Shown here: positions 48,612 to 62,186 of the stretch, piece after piece
How positions within the stretch are numbered: the stretch's first letter is position 1
How the letters are laid out: each line of letters begins with the position of its first letter
Source of the DNA: Phaeosaccion multiseriatum
Lineage: Eukaryota > Protista > Ochrophyta, other classes
Direction: 5' to 3'
DNA length: 64,000 bases
NCBI GenBank assembly: GCA_965112735.1
Contig: OZ218953.1
Location: forward strand, 4,898,001-4,962,000
Made by a program: the position numbers and the translations under genes
Notes under the pieces: generated by a model
Seen by the model: the letters and a program-made list of their open reading frames with translations, nothing else
The model's database searches: none
Told to the model about the DNA's origin: nothing

Positions 48612-51600
48612 ATCAGAACAACAGCAGCAGCTGCTGCGGTCTCTGCCAGGCGCGGTTTCCTCCTTTTCGGACGGGGTTGATTTGCGCTTCGCGATGACAG
48701 CGGGCAGTTACTCGGCTCAAGCACCGCAGTATAGTTACGAGGGCGGCACCACGCGGCTTCAGCCAGGGGCCGCTGCGCGTGTACCGTATCCGCCGGCTTC
48801 ATCTCAGCAGCTATACCCTCTACAACCCTGGCCGCATCAGCAGCGGCAGTACCAGCCGCGGCTCTTCCAGAACGGGCAGCAGCTTCCGTACGGCTATTAC
48901 GACCATCAGCAGCCACAGCAGCAGCAGCCGCCGCTGCCATCTCAGTACAGCTACGAGGAGCAAAAGCCGCCATACGGCAGACTCCACCATCCACCTCCAT
49001 CTGCCCACAGCGCCTCTCTTGGGGGGGTTGTACAGCAAGCCTCTATGGGGAAAGGCCTAAGTGAAGGAGCAGCGGTAGGAGGAGGAGGAGGAGGAAGCGT
49101 CGGCAGCACCGCAATAGGAGGAGGGAGGGGAGGAGAAGGAGGGGGAGTTGGAGGAGGAGGGGTGGGAGCTCCGCAGAGGATTCCCTCATCATACGTCCGG
49201 CACGATCCTGGTTTGGGGGCCACCCCTCCGGCCGACACCTTGTCAGAAGCAGCGGGTGCAAAGAGGTAGGAAAGAGGGAGCGGGGAAGGTTGGTGGTGAA
49301 GGGGTTACAACATGACTGGACGAGCAGTGCAATGAAACGGATGGCCAATGATAAGTAGAGTGAGAGCTGGCCGTACCACTGCTTACTGCTCTCCCTCCCC
49401 CCCTGTTTTCTGCCTCTTCCCTCTCTCTGCCTGCCTCTCTCTCTCTCTATATATATATATATATTTCTCTGCCTCTCTCGTTCTCTCTGTCGGCCTATCT
49501 AATTCTATCTCATCTCTGCCCATCACTCTCTTTCTCTCTCGTTCTTCCTTATTTTGTTTTATTTTATTTTACTTTATTTTTGTCTCTCTCTACCTCTCTC
49601 TTTACCCCTCTCTCTCTATCCCTCTCTGCTCGCCAGGCGGAAAGTGGACGAGAGCGGCTCCTCTGCTCCGTTCGACTTGGACCCTCTGATGTGGGTCGTT
49701 TTCCAAAGAGGCGAGGTATGCACGGCAGTGGATTGTATATACAGAAACAGCGAGGATAAACGGTCCAAACGAAAGCACTATCATGGTAAGAACGGAGGGA
49801 GGGAGAGAGGGAGGGTGAGACGGAGGGAAGACGAAAAGAGCGCGGAAGGGAGGAAAGAGGAAAGCGGTGTCGTCGGGCGGCGCTCCTCCCCATACCTCGG
49901 GGCAGAGCAGTGCAACCCCTCCGATCCCTCCGATCCCTCCGATCTTAGGCTCTGAGCCTAGAGCGCATAGCACAGGCGCGGCCAATAGTCTTAAGCCTCC
50001 TGGCAATGAACCGCCCTTGCTGTCTCTCGCCTCTCTTGCTCCCGCTCATCTACGGTACCGTACCGCACTTGCGCGTGTACATTGACTCTGACTTTGACTT
50101 GCACCTGCACTCCTTCTACGTGTCATTAACTTGACTCTTTGCCCTGTGTCCCCCTCAGCCACATGTCAGCATGTACACAAGTCCGGCGTGGCCAGCGGCT
50201 TCCGATTTCACCACCACCAAATGGAGAAGATCAAGAAGCATCAGCGCAAGTGCCTGGTGAGTGAGTGAGCGCGTTGGAGTATGGAGCGAATTGGCTCGGT
50301 AGTCACAATTGGCTCGGTAGTCACAGGGAGTGAGTGAGTGAGTGCGTGAGAGGGTACGTGGATGAGTGAGTGGGTGAGTGGATGTGAGTGAGTGGGTGAG
50401 TGAGTGGGTGAGTGAGTGGGTAACTGAGTGGGTGAGTAAGTGACTGTCCAGCTGACTGACCGACTGACTGGCTGACTGACCGACCGACTGACTGACTGAC
50501 CCCTCCCCCCCCTTGGCCCCGCCCCACCCCCCCCCAATCCTGACGACCTCTGCTCACCTCTCACAGAAGCGCAGGTACGCCATCCCTCCAAAGGGCACGC
50601 CTCCCTCAGACCACCCCAGCATCCCAGCACGGTATATGCCCCAGCCGCCACAGCAGGGGGGCTTCGCACCTGGACACACCCACGGAGGCGGAGGGTTCTT
50701 TCTGGCAGGCCATCCCGGCGAGCCCTCTTCCTTCTCCCCATCACAAAGTGGCGGGGGTTGGGGAGGCTCAATGGGTGGACTGAGGCCCAATAATGGGACT
50801 GAGGCACACGCAGCGGGCGGCGGCGGCGGCGGCGGCGGCGGCGGCAGCGGCGGAGCGGGGGTTGGTTGGGGTGCGAGTGGGTTGGGGTTGGGTGGAGGTC
50901 GTTTCGGCACAGCACTACCGCCACATAGTGAGGTGACAGCTCCAGGGGACGGAGGGGGAGGGGGAAGAGGAGGAGAAAGGATGGGCGAGAGAGGTTACTT
51001 TCAGGCGCATCCACCAGGGCCTCACCTCAGTGGCCGTCTTGTCAGAGAATACGGAGAATTCCGGGGTCTCCCCATGTCGATAGCACCACCTGCCGACGCG
51101 AGGCAACCGCTAGAGGTCGGGGAGGGGGGGAGAGGAAGTATACAACTCGGGGCAGCAGCAGCAACAGTAGGAGGGGGAGGAGGAGGGTGGGGGGAAGGAA
51201 GAAGAGGAGCTGGAGGAAGAGGAGGATGGGGGGAAGACGGAGGAGCAGGAGGAAGAGGAGGAGCAGGAGCAGGAGCAGCAGCAGGAGGAGGAGGAGGATT
51301 AGGAGGAGCAGGAGCAGGAGGCGTAGGAGGAGGAGGAGGAGGAGGAGGAGGAGGAGGAGGAGGAGGAGTGGGCAGGGGAGGAGGGGGTGACCCGTCAACT
51401 TGGAGGGCATTGCCAGCACTTGCATCCCAGGAATCACAGCCTCCGCCCGGCCTGCAAGGCCCACGTCCGAGCGACTGCTGTAAGTGGGGAATGCAAACCC
51501 ATTGTACAGACCCGTCGTTAGAAACTCCTTCCCACCAGCGAAGTAACAGGGCTGAGTTGTGTCGATGCCATTGCGTGCGTCGCCTTGTTGTGAGACCTGT

Positions 51601-52342
51601 GATTGTGTGTGTCTTTGAAGCTTTCTGTGGGCTCTTGGGCTCAAGCAACCTGTCCCTCTTCCTGTACTTCAATCACTCACTTGTTCTCTCTGTCTCTCTC
51701 TGTCTCTCTCCCTCTCTCCCTCTCTCCCCTTCTCCCTCTCTCCTTCTCTTGCTCTCCCTGTCTCCCCGCCCCTCCCCCTCCCTCCCCCCCCCTCTCTCTC
51801 GCTCCTTCTCTCCCTCTCTCCCTCCCACCGTGCGTGCTCCCTCGTTAGCTTCATCGGAAGTGAAGAGAATGTTTCCAATACGGCCAGCGATTGCGGCTCG
51901 CGGAGACGGGACGGAAGGGTTGGATATGGCTGCGCCGGGCCATGAAAGGCGCCCGTCGAGAGAGGATGGACAGCAGCAGCAGAGTGTGGAACCGCTGAGG
52001 CAGAGTCTACCCTCGTCCTTACCCAACACCGAGGGAAAGGGTGCGGCGGATGATGATGGCCCCCAAGATGAACAGCCTACCGCGAGCGGCGAAAAGGAGG
52101 AGCGGAGTGGTGCTCCTGAGGGGCTCGCACAAGGTTCTGGTCGTGGTACTGATACTGGTGCTCCAGCAGTCGCTCCTGTCAGTACCGATGGCCGGGGGGA
52201 CAATGAGAATCCTATTGCAGAGATCGCCGAGGTGGATGCTGCTGGTGGGGGAAAGGGTGATGGGGAGGGCAAGGGTGAGGGCGAGGGTGTGGGTGCTGAT
52301 GCAACGAGTGGCAGAGGCCCGCAGCCCCAGCCAGAGCGCTAG
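48247..52342 (+). CDS. PolyQ/Gly-rich putative transcription factor with a Castor-like Cys/His zinc-binding module; ~5 exons
   Basis: Exons ~48247-49265, 49637-49785, 50159-50276, ~50567-51479, ~51849-52342. The splice joins give FQRGEVCTAVDCIYRN...KHYHATCQHVH...FRFHHHQMEKIKKHQRKC. Confidence 0.6.
48481..48630 (+). repeat. Interrupted coding (CAG)n polyglutamine tract
   Basis: Direct reading. Confidence 0.9.
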
Positions 52343-52812
52343 GAAGGAAGAGGCAATACGGTGGGGGGCGCGGTGACGAACTCACCTCTCCAAAATTTCT
52401 ATGTATTATTTGCTACTTACATATACAGTCCCTCGTGGAAGGAAGGGCGCCTAGCAAATGTCTCTCTTGAGTGGTGCGTGTGCGTGCGACACTTGCTTGT
52501 CGGCTTCCTTTCGCACCCTTAGCAGCAAAGCAAAAACCCTCTGCTGCACAATGAAGTGGTGCGAAACCGAAGAGATTTTGAGTTTTGAGGGGGATGGTGC
52601 GGTTAGACGTAGTTACTATAGACCAAGACAGTGGGGGGGGGGGGGTAGAAGTAGTTGCTATCGAGATGGGGAAAAAAACTAGACTTGAGCTTCTTCAGTT
52701 TTAGAGTTACTGTACTACTAGAAGGAGAAAAAGAAAAAAAAATCCGCGCTTACTGCTATCGCACTTCGTTCGCCGTGCCTCCTCCTCCACTGCCACTGCC
52801 ATCCATCTGGTG

Positions 52813-55800
52813 TTACGCTTCTATAATTTTGCGCTCCACGCCCACTCCTACGCTGAGCGCAGCCGCTGCCGCTGCTCGCTGCCTCTGCCCCTGCCCCTGC
52901 CCCTGCTCCTGCCACTGTTGCGTCTGCGCAAGACCTCCTTCTTGCCACTTCAGGAAATCCCTCCTCCGCGCCTCCTTCCGCCGCTCCTCAACCGCTGCGG
53001 TGACGGAGCGGTTGTAGCGCAGGAGAGACTTGCGGCGAGCTTCGCTCTTGAGCGCTCCCACTTGGGCTTCAAAGGCGTCGTATGCTTGCTCGGAGAGAAG
53101 CGTATACTCCTCAGCCTGGAAGTACAGAGAGAGGGGAGGGGAAGAAGGGAGGGAGGGGGGGGGAGGGGAGGGAGGGAGGGGAAGAGAGGGGGGGAGAGGG
53201 AGAGAGGGGAGGAGGGAGGGAGGGAAGGAGGGAAGAAGAGGGAGAGAGGGGGGAAATAGAGGGAGAGGAAAAGAGATAAAGTACAACATACAGCAAATTG
53301 AGGATCAGCAGAGAGAGAGGGAAGAAAAGGCAAGAGAAGAGGGGTCATACAAGGCAGTTCTGAATCGGGCAACCATTCATGTAACTGATGCAAACACCGC
53401 TCCACATGTCAAGCAATTGTCACGCACAAGCACCGTGTATGTACGTACCTCTCTATGGAAACCCCACTTCCGGTACACCTCTGCAGCGATCTGGTACGTG
53501 GTGTAGCGAGGTATGATTCGGTAATGGTTCATCTCCTGCAAGAGAGAGCATCGGGGGAGGGGGGGAGGCATGCGGCGTGAGACACGCACGGGGCCGGATG
53601 ACGACCACATACAGCAGAAGGAGGAGGAGAGGGAGTATGCCAGCAGCACGGCTATCGCACTTTGGAGAGGAGCAAGTAGCGCCATTCACTGCCTTCCACT
53701 GCCATCTGATACTCCCCGCACCTCCCCCGCCGTTTGCCAAACACGGGGAGTGCAGTCATGAGCAGCACTACAGTACCTGAAAGATTTGCTTGACCAGCGC
53801 AATGTCATTCTCTGCAGGAGTCGAACCCTGTATCACGTGGAGCACAAGGAGGTACGACTCCTCTGTCGGCACCACTCCAAGCTCTCTGTGCGGGTGGGGG
53901 GACAAGACGAACATCATCATCAGCATCATCAGCACCAGCAGTAGCCGTAGAGCAGCATCAGCAGCAGCAGCAACTGACCTCATGTGGTCCAAGATGGCAA
54001 ACGCCACTCCGACGCCTTTTCGTCCTGTGCTTCCTCCTCCTCTGGGGGTGCTTGGGGGAGTGCCTTCCCCACTCCCTTGCCTCAGCCTCCTTCGAGAATC
54101 GTTGACAAGTGCTCTGTCGTCACCCGGGGCCAAGATAGACAGACAGAGAAAAGGTGACGGACAAGGGAGAGAGAAGAGGAGGAGGAGGAGGAGGAAGGGG
54201 GGGGGGGTGGGGAAGAGTGTGGGGGGCATGTGAGCGGGGGGCTAACAATCGACGGGCGCAATCAATCGCCTGGAACAGACACTGCGAGAGGCCAAGCTAC
54301 AAGGAGGATATTGCATCCCCACCACCACAGTCACAATCTTTGGGTCCTTCGGGGCGCATCACGGGGAGCGAGGTGGAGCGTGATAATGATGGGGGAGAGA
54401 GAGAAACGAAAGGATGAGCGAAAGAGAGCGAGAGAAAGAGAGATAGAGAGCGAGAGAGAGGAAGAGATACACAGAGAGGGGGGGGGGGGTCGCAAAAAGC
54501 AATACCTTGTGGCCAGGAGGAGGGCGTTGAACGTGGCAATATTCCTCGTGAGGCCGAAGACTGCTTCGAGGGAATCGGCAATGCGGAAGGTTGCGGTCGC
54601 GTGCTGCGCATGGAGCAAGAGCAACGGGAGGGAGGAGAGAGTGGCTCATTCAACCACAGCAAAGGGCAAGAGAGAGAGGGGCCGCGGAAGGGTGCAGCGA
54701 AGGGAGGGGAGAGCAGCGCATTCAACCGCAGAGAAACCTCCAAAAAAAGCATGCTGTGCGTGGCATCGAACCCCAACCCTTCCACGGACTTGAACACTCG
54801 AAAGGAGGGAGGGAGGGAGGACAGACATACATACACGTACCTGTCTGCTGATTGCACAGCCGTACACCACCGCGTTGACTGCATCCAAGGGGACGGCGTC
54901 TCCGGCCCTGTGCATGTCCTCCTTCGCTCGGGGAGGGAAACGATTCATTCGTTCGTTCGTTCGTTCGTTCGGAGAGGGAAACAAGCGTTGGTAGGGTTGG
55001 GCAGGGTCGCGTTACAGAGGGAAGAGAGAGCACCAACCGACCGAACGAAGGACCGATCGACTCCAAGACTCCAGAGGCAATACCACGGTTACTGCCACGG
55101 CTCCTTGGTCGCAAGGTTGGCCAAGGTCAAGGGACACACAGCACGCACAGCTGCTTGACCTGTGGACCTGAACCCGTAACCAGTATGCCCCCATATGCCG
55201 TTAGAGGACATCGCCCCCTGTTTTCATCTCCATAACCTCGCTTCGTCTCTTGTCCCTGCCCCTGCCCCTGCCGCTGTCCTTGCCCCTTCGCGAGGCCTCT
55301 TCCACTCACCAGGGAAGCAAATGCCTCCTCCAGGGCCTTGAGCGAGACGGAGAGGGTCTTTCCAATCTCCTTCACGTCGTCTGTGTCAGCGCTGAAGCCT
55401 GCGCTATTGAGCTGCACCAAGCAGGCCAGAGCCTCTTGTCCCTGTGTGTGTGTGTGGGGGGGGGGGGGGGGGTTGGGGGGTTCGTTCCGTTTCGTTTCGT
55501 TTCGTTTCCGTTTCGTTTCGTTTCGTCCAAGACAACACAACCAACACACGTGCACATATGTAAGGAGGTGAGGTTGCAAGAAGCTCCACTCAGCATGTAC
55601 GTTACGTTATGTGTATAACACCTCTCTTCTCTTCTCAATGGGGCACTCGTCTTCGCCGCCGCAGATTTCTTTTTTCTGTCCCACTTTGCCCCGAGCCTCT
55701 ACGTGAGAGGCGAACGGCGTCAGTGTTCAAACATGACTGACTGACCTTTCCTCCTTTTGCAAGGGCCATAGTCATGAACCGATACTGTTTTTCCCCGTGG

Positions 55801-58800
55801 GTTTGCATCATACGCCATGCATCGGCTGCCAACGGCACTTCTCCACTGCGAAGGAAAGAAAGCAAAGCAAAGCAAAAGGGGGCAGGAGAGAGGAAGGAGT
55901 GAGCCAAGCGGAGGGAGGGAGGGCAGGGCGCTGATCGATAGAAGCATATGTGTAGCAAGAGGCCGCAACAGGAAGGAGCAAGAGGCAGGAGCAGGACGGA
56001 AGAGAGTAAGATTCCACCTCCGCCACTCCCCCACCATCCAACCTCAACAAGAGGTCAACAAGGGTCCCTTACGACGTCCGCACGCAGACACACACGCACA
56101 CACACACACATGCACGCACGCACTCACGTGAGAGCTGCACACTTGAGTACACTGTGGAGCTGCCCATCCGTGACGCCAAAGTTGCATTCACGCAGCACGT
56201 GCAGCATCTGATCGGCCACCTGGAGCAAGGGCGACGAGGAGAGAGAGAGAGAGAGAGGGGGGGGGGGGGGGGAGGGAGAGAGGAAGAACAAAGAAGCGCT
56301 GAGCGCTGCACAAGGAAGGATACAAGACACAGCCCCCCACTCTCCTTGTTGGAAAGCAAAGCAAAGCTAGGACCACGTAAGATGCTGAAGAAGAGAGGCT
56401 TAGCTCCCGTAGCATTGGAAGTGAGCAAGCCAAAGCCAACCATGTCGCCTCCGTGTCGTGTAATATGAGAGGAGGCAAGTGGTGGAGCCCTAATAGCAAA
56501 ATCTAAAATAGGTACGTAAGGGTATGTGCCATCACACTCCTTCTCTCTCCTCCTTTCATCTCTCTCACCTGTGCGTTTTGGAATTTGCAGGCTTGCAGCA
56601 TTACCCGCATAGCCAGCTTGGCCCCGGGCGTGAAGCCTGGAGACAGAGGAGCAGGACAGGAGCAGGCGGGCGGCGCGCGACATGGGCGTGTGTGTGTGTG
56701 TGCGTGTGTGTTTCTTCTCCCCGTAATGTAAGTAAATAAGTATGTAAGAGAAAACGCAGGAGACGACACCGCTACAGGAGCCCGGTCTCAGCCCCTAGCC
56801 CGGCACAGACAGAGAGGAGAGCACACACACCACCGCACACAATGCTCCCTTGCACCGTATCGATCGAATTATGGAATTTCGATATTATCAAAATGTGTCG
56901 ATATCACACTCTCTCGTACCTTCCTTGACTAAGTCCATCATGGCGTCCCTTGCCTCCTCCATGTTTCCCTCCCGGGCCATGAAGAGAAGGTAGGAAGCGA
57001 GGAACTCGTAGCCGCGCAGCACCGCCACAGTGCCAGTGTTCTTGTCAGTGTGAGTGCCAGTGGCAGCGTCAGGGTCAGTGTGCTCGATCTTGAGCGCCAG
57101 CTTCTGGTACCTGCTCTCCGCGTGTGGAGGCGGAGGAGGGGGAGGGAGGAAGAGGAGGAGAAGAAGGATAAGGAGGAGGAAAGCGAGAGGGGACGCAAGA
57201 GGAAATGAGTGAGTAGGCGCTGGGCGGACATGCACACACAAGATAGAAGCTTGTGGCGATTCGAAACCGCCTCAAGCGCCTGGGTCCTCTCAGACCGACG
57301 AGCAGGCAGAAGAGCCCCCCCCCCACTCCTCCAACGGCATTTCGCTATGACGTTGTGCGCCTCGCCCGTACTCGTTCGTCCCTTCCTCACCACTCCTGTG
57401 CCTTGGTCATATCTTGGGCGGCGATGGCCGTGAGCACCACCATCATCATCATGGGAGGCTCGAGACAAGTCTCCGGGTCCAACCCCGCCTGAGGAAGTGA
57501 GCGAAGCGCAAAACACGCATACGCACATACATAAAGAACAGAACCAGAGAGAGGGAGAGAGAAGAGAGAGAGACAGGGAGATTCAGGGAAATACACACAC
57601 ACAAACAGAGAGAAGAGAGAGAGACAGGGAGATTCAGGGAAATACACACACAAACAGACTGAGAGAGAGAGCTGAGATCTGCTTCTATATGCCCTTACTT
57701 TCTTTCCACCCCCGCCCGCCCTTGAAAGGAACAAAGCTCCTCAACCCCACCCTACGCACCATTGCGAGCCCCTTCTCGGCTCCGCTGATATCTCCCTGCA
57801 GCCACTTGCAGCGAAGGAACAGCGTCACGTGCACAGGGAGTAGCGCCGTGGCCTTCTCCCACCCAAACCCCTCCATCCGGTTGTAGTGGCTATTGCGGCG
57901 CTTGGCTAGACCACTTGAGGGATAGAGTGCTGTGGTGCCACCACCAGTGGCTGCCTGGACTAGATGGGCGAAGACGTCGGAGGAGCCTGCCTGAGGACAA
58001 GAGGCGGACGAGGGCTGAAGAGGCTGACGGGACATGTGTGCCAACAGAAGGGCGGAGTATGTGTCCGATGAGAGAGCAACACGCGATCCGGAGTCCTCCT
58101 CCAGCCTAGAGATGTCCTGTCACAGAAAAAGAGACACGGAACAGGGGGGGGATGGGTTGAGAGACGAAGGAGAAGGAGAAGGAGGAGGAGGAGGAGGAGG
58201 AGGAGGAGGAGGGGGAGGAGGAGGAGGAGGGGGAGGAGGAGGGGGAGGAGGAGGGGGAGGAGGAGGAGGAGGAGGAGGGAGGAGGAGGAGAAGGAGGAAG
58301 AGGAGCAGGGAGGGGGAGAGGTAGGCGGGACGGCCTCACATGCACACACACACCTGCCACACACGTTGGATAGCACGCATCCGTCCGGTGGACTGGAAGT
58401 TCCATTTGTCCGAACACTTGTCGGCTCGGAGCAGCACCTCCTGTGGGCACAAGGGACCCCACCCCCGATGAGGCACATGGACAGATGACCAGTAACAGCA
58501 ACGAGGAACGCAAAGAAAAAGGGGGAGGGGAGGAGATTTAAGTTTGGGCCAATGTGTACAGAAGATTGGATGCACGAGGAAAGGAACGAGGAAGCGGGGA
58601 GGAGGAGGAGAAGAAGAAGAAGAAGAGAAGAAGAAGAAGAAGAAGAAGAAGAAGAAGAAGAAGAAGAAGAAGAAGAGCAGAAGCCCCGTGACGTGGGAAT
58701 AGTCCCGCATCTGCCCCGGCTTGGATCCAAAGAGTCTCCCCCTCACGCTCAAAGGAAAGAGAGACCAAGTCAAGTGTCACACCATAGAGCGGCAAGCGAG

Positions 58801-59274
58801 AGGCAAAGAGCATGCTTGTTTGGGTGGCGCAGTGGACAGCAGACACTGCAATGAGAGGATGGGATGGTAGCGGATGGTAGCACGCTGCCGTAGCTTCGGC
58901 AGCTTTCTCTTAACCCATTTCACCTCTCACCTCTGGTCTTCTAGCTTGACGGGGTCTTGATGCATAGTGCATGCCTGGGTGCGTCCTGAGCCCATCAGCC
59001 CGCTGCTCTACTCCGGTCGCCCTCGTCTCAGTACTCTGGGGATCGCTGTGGGCAGTGACGCCGCTCGTCCTCCTCCTGTTGTTGCTGCTGCTGGTGGTGC
59101 GGCTGTTGCTGTTACTCACGGGGTCGCCATGGCGGTTCCTTCTCACACCCACCCTGCTAACCAGTCCTTTCTTGTGGTAGCCGTACGACGCGGGATCGCC
59201 AACGAGGTTCTGCATGGGTACATCTGGCGGGCCGGGGAAACCAAGCCCCTCACCCCCCTCGAGGTCACTCCCGA

Positions 59275-59312
<38 letters not shown>

Positions 59313-59671
59313 GAAGCCGAAAGCAGAGTCTCCGCAGACGGCAGAAGACTCGGGGTCGAGCCCCGCAGGCTGAGACCCACTGCCGCCTCTGGTGGTGTGT
59401 GCAGGGCCGCGAAGGAGGGAAAAGGCGGCGTCGAGGGGATTGCCGCCGCCCCAGCCGCGGAGTAGCGGATGTCAAACACAGGCAAAGGGTGGCACCCGAG
59501 GAGGAAGGGCAAGTGGCCAGGAGAGACAGCTTCTGGGAGGCCTGGATTTGCTCGACGCCCATCCTCCCGGCTGCTGCTGCTGCTGCTGCTGCGGTTCGCG
59601 ATTGCCGCTGCTGACCGTGCCCATCTAGAGAGTCCCTGTGGGCGTGTGAGTATAGACAGGCGCAGCAGCAT
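52813..59671 (-). CDS. Pentatricopeptide-repeat-like protein, probably mitochondrial, many exons
   Basis: Arg/Ser-rich leader MLLRLSILTRPQGLSRWARS. PPR-like helices: FGLTRNIATFNALL, LGVVPTEESYLLVL, EMNHYRIIPRYTTYQ, LDAVNAVVYGC, REGNMEEARDAMMDL. Confidence 0.6.
58608..58675. repeat. (GAA)n microsatellite, intronic
   Basis: Direct reading. Confidence 0.9.
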
Positions 59672-59875
59672 CAGATGCTGCGACTGGGGAACGGACCCCA
59701 TCTTCAGCCCTCTGCCGCCCATGCGATCAACCAAAAAATCTTTTCCCAACTGAAATTGATACCGCTCTCGAAGCGATCGATCCTTCGCAACGACAACGAG
59801 CGAGCCCCACACAGAAGAGGCCACAGGATCATCCTTAAACAGGAAGAGTGTTCGCTCTCTTCCCTTCCTCCCAAG

Positions 59876-60513
59876 ATGGCAGTGACACTTCACACCTCGC
59901 TGGGAGACATGAAGATCGAGGTGTACTGTGACACCGCTCCCCGCACGGCCGAGAACTTCCTTTGCCTCGCGGCGAGCGGGGCCTACGACGACACAATCTT
60001 CCACAGGAACATTAAGGGCTTCATGGTGCAGGGGGGAGACCCCACGGGGACGGGCAAGGGGGGGGAGAGCATCTGGGGGGGCACCTTCCCGGACGAGATC
60101 CACCCCGACAACAAGCACGACCGGCGGGGCGTGGTTTCCATGGCAAACAAGGGTCCGAATACAAACAAGGCCCAGTTCTTTGTGACTTACGCAAAGCAGA
60201 CTCACCTGAACAACGTGTACACGGTGTTTGGTAAGGTCATCGATGGTATGGATGTTCTGGACGCCATGGAGAAGGTGCCTGTGGGCAAGAAGGACCGGCC
60301 CCTGCAGGAGATACTGCTCAAGAACATCACCATCCATGTAGGTGGTGGGTGTAATCATATTTGGAGCCTTTTCTCTTGTCTCTTGTCTCTTGGCTTATCT
60401 TCCGGGCATGAGAGACAGAAAGGCATGTGTCTCGTTCCTTCCTCGTCCTTCCGCCCCCTCATGCCCTGCCCCGCCCCTCCTCGCAGGCAAACCCCTTGGC
60501 GGAGGCAACATAG
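59876..60513 (+). CDS. PPIL3: Cyclophilin-type peptidyl-prolyl isomerase, PPIL3-like; exons 59876-60337, 60487-60513
   Basis: MAVTLHTSLGDMKIEVYC, FHRNIKGFMVQGGDPTGTGKGGESIWG, SMANKGPNTN, spliced C-terminus TIHANPLA. Confidence 0.92.
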
Positions 60514-61476
60514 AGGTCGGGAGATTGAAGCAGCAGCAGCAACAGCAGCAACAACAGCACAAGCGCAGACACTCAACACGTCGCACATCAGAGACTGTTG
60601 TTTTGCCGCAAGTGGGAGTGCGCTGGGTCTGCCAACGGGTCTCGCAGCCTGTGCCCCCCCCCGCCACTGTCAGCCGCCGTGTGGGATGACGCTGTGACCT
60701 AGAGGGGGGAAGCACGCCGGATGTTCGCCCGCAGCTTCGCAGCTTTCCGAGCAGAGCACTCGACCCACAGAGGGCAAGGGGAAGGACGCAGACCGCTAGG
60801 TCAGAAGCTCACCCCTTTTCCTGTTGACGTACAAAAAGAGGATCAGCGAAGTGCTGGTTGTTGTACCTGTTGCCCGTCACGCACGGGACAGCCGTTCGCA
60901 TGCAGCGTCCGCAAAGCCCCAAGGACACCCACAGACAGTAGCTGTGAGGCTGTGAGGCTGTGGGGCTGTGAGGGCGGCCCTACACCCTCCCGCCTCCGTC
61001 CCACTCTGCGCTACATGACTGTGGCGAGAGAGACGAAACATGCATGGGGGAGGTGCAGCGGGCTGCCGGACACGTGCGTTTGGAAGCAGTGTGCTGGGGG
61101 GGGGGGAAAGAGCGCTTTTGACGCCACAGAATGAAGAGCGCTTATGAAGCCACAGAACCTTCCATGTGCGCCTCTCCAGCGCAGAGATGAATGAGCTAAC
61201 TAACTGTGGAGCTTAATTAACACATTTGTGGTGTGCGACCGACCCCATGGTCCACCGAATTAATACACGACCCTCCCTCCGCATCTACACGCCTCTTTTG
61301 CGACCGATCCCATGGTCCACCGCATGTAATACACGCGTCCACCTCCACTTCTACGCCTCTTTCATTCTCTTCGACTTGCCCTGTCGTCTGCTGTGCTTGT
61401 CAAGATGACAGGGAAGAAAGTCACACCCTTTCGAGCGGCGCTTACGCTGGAGCGTTGGCCCATGTTACTAGTACTC

Positions 61477-62126
61477 TTACTGCAGTCCCCCCTGGCTCTG
61501 AACCAGTTCGATGAAGCGACCATCCCTCTCAAAGTTGGCCGAAACGTCAGCAAAGCACTCCAGGAAGCACTCGAGGGTAACCTGTGCGCCTCCGTCTGCT
61601 TGTGCGTCTCGGTGCAGCTCCAAGTGAGAGAGGAAGTCGAGCTCCTCTGCCTCCTTCGAAGCTCGGCCCCTGCATCCCGATGCATCCGAATAATGGCAGC
61701 AGCTTGCTTGGAACTGCTTCTGTAGGTCCTCCACATTCAGAATACCTTTCCCTGTGTGGTGGGGTGTCGACCGATTGCGAGAGAGAGGGAATGGGTTTCA
61801 CATGAGGGTAGGGTACACAAAGTATGAAGGAAAGGGGAGAGACGAAAACGCCCTCTCCAGGCTCAGGGGGGCTTCTTCCGTCCTTCGTTCACCAACCTTC
61901 TTGGTCGAGCTTGTCGAATACGGCCTTGACAATGTCCACCCTTGGCTGCGACATGGGTCCTCTGACTCCCTTGATGATCTCATTCAAACTCACCACTCCG
62001 TTTTCGTCCACGTCAAAGTGCGCAAAAATCTGCGTTGGGCATGGGCATGGACAGACATTGGGGGCATGGGAGGCTGAGCACCGGCTGGATGGTAAGCAGC
62101 AGTAGCGCCACGAGCTACGGCAACAT

Positions 62127-62186
<60 letters not shown>

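Noticed and set aside
57545-57660. ~50-bp direct repeat
   Set aside because: A simple local duplication of microsatellite-rich intron sequence.
58910-60358. 482-aa minus-strand ORF as one protein
   Set aside because: Its 5' half is the antisense shadow of PPIL3; only the part from ~59671 is plausibly the first exon of the PPR-like gene.
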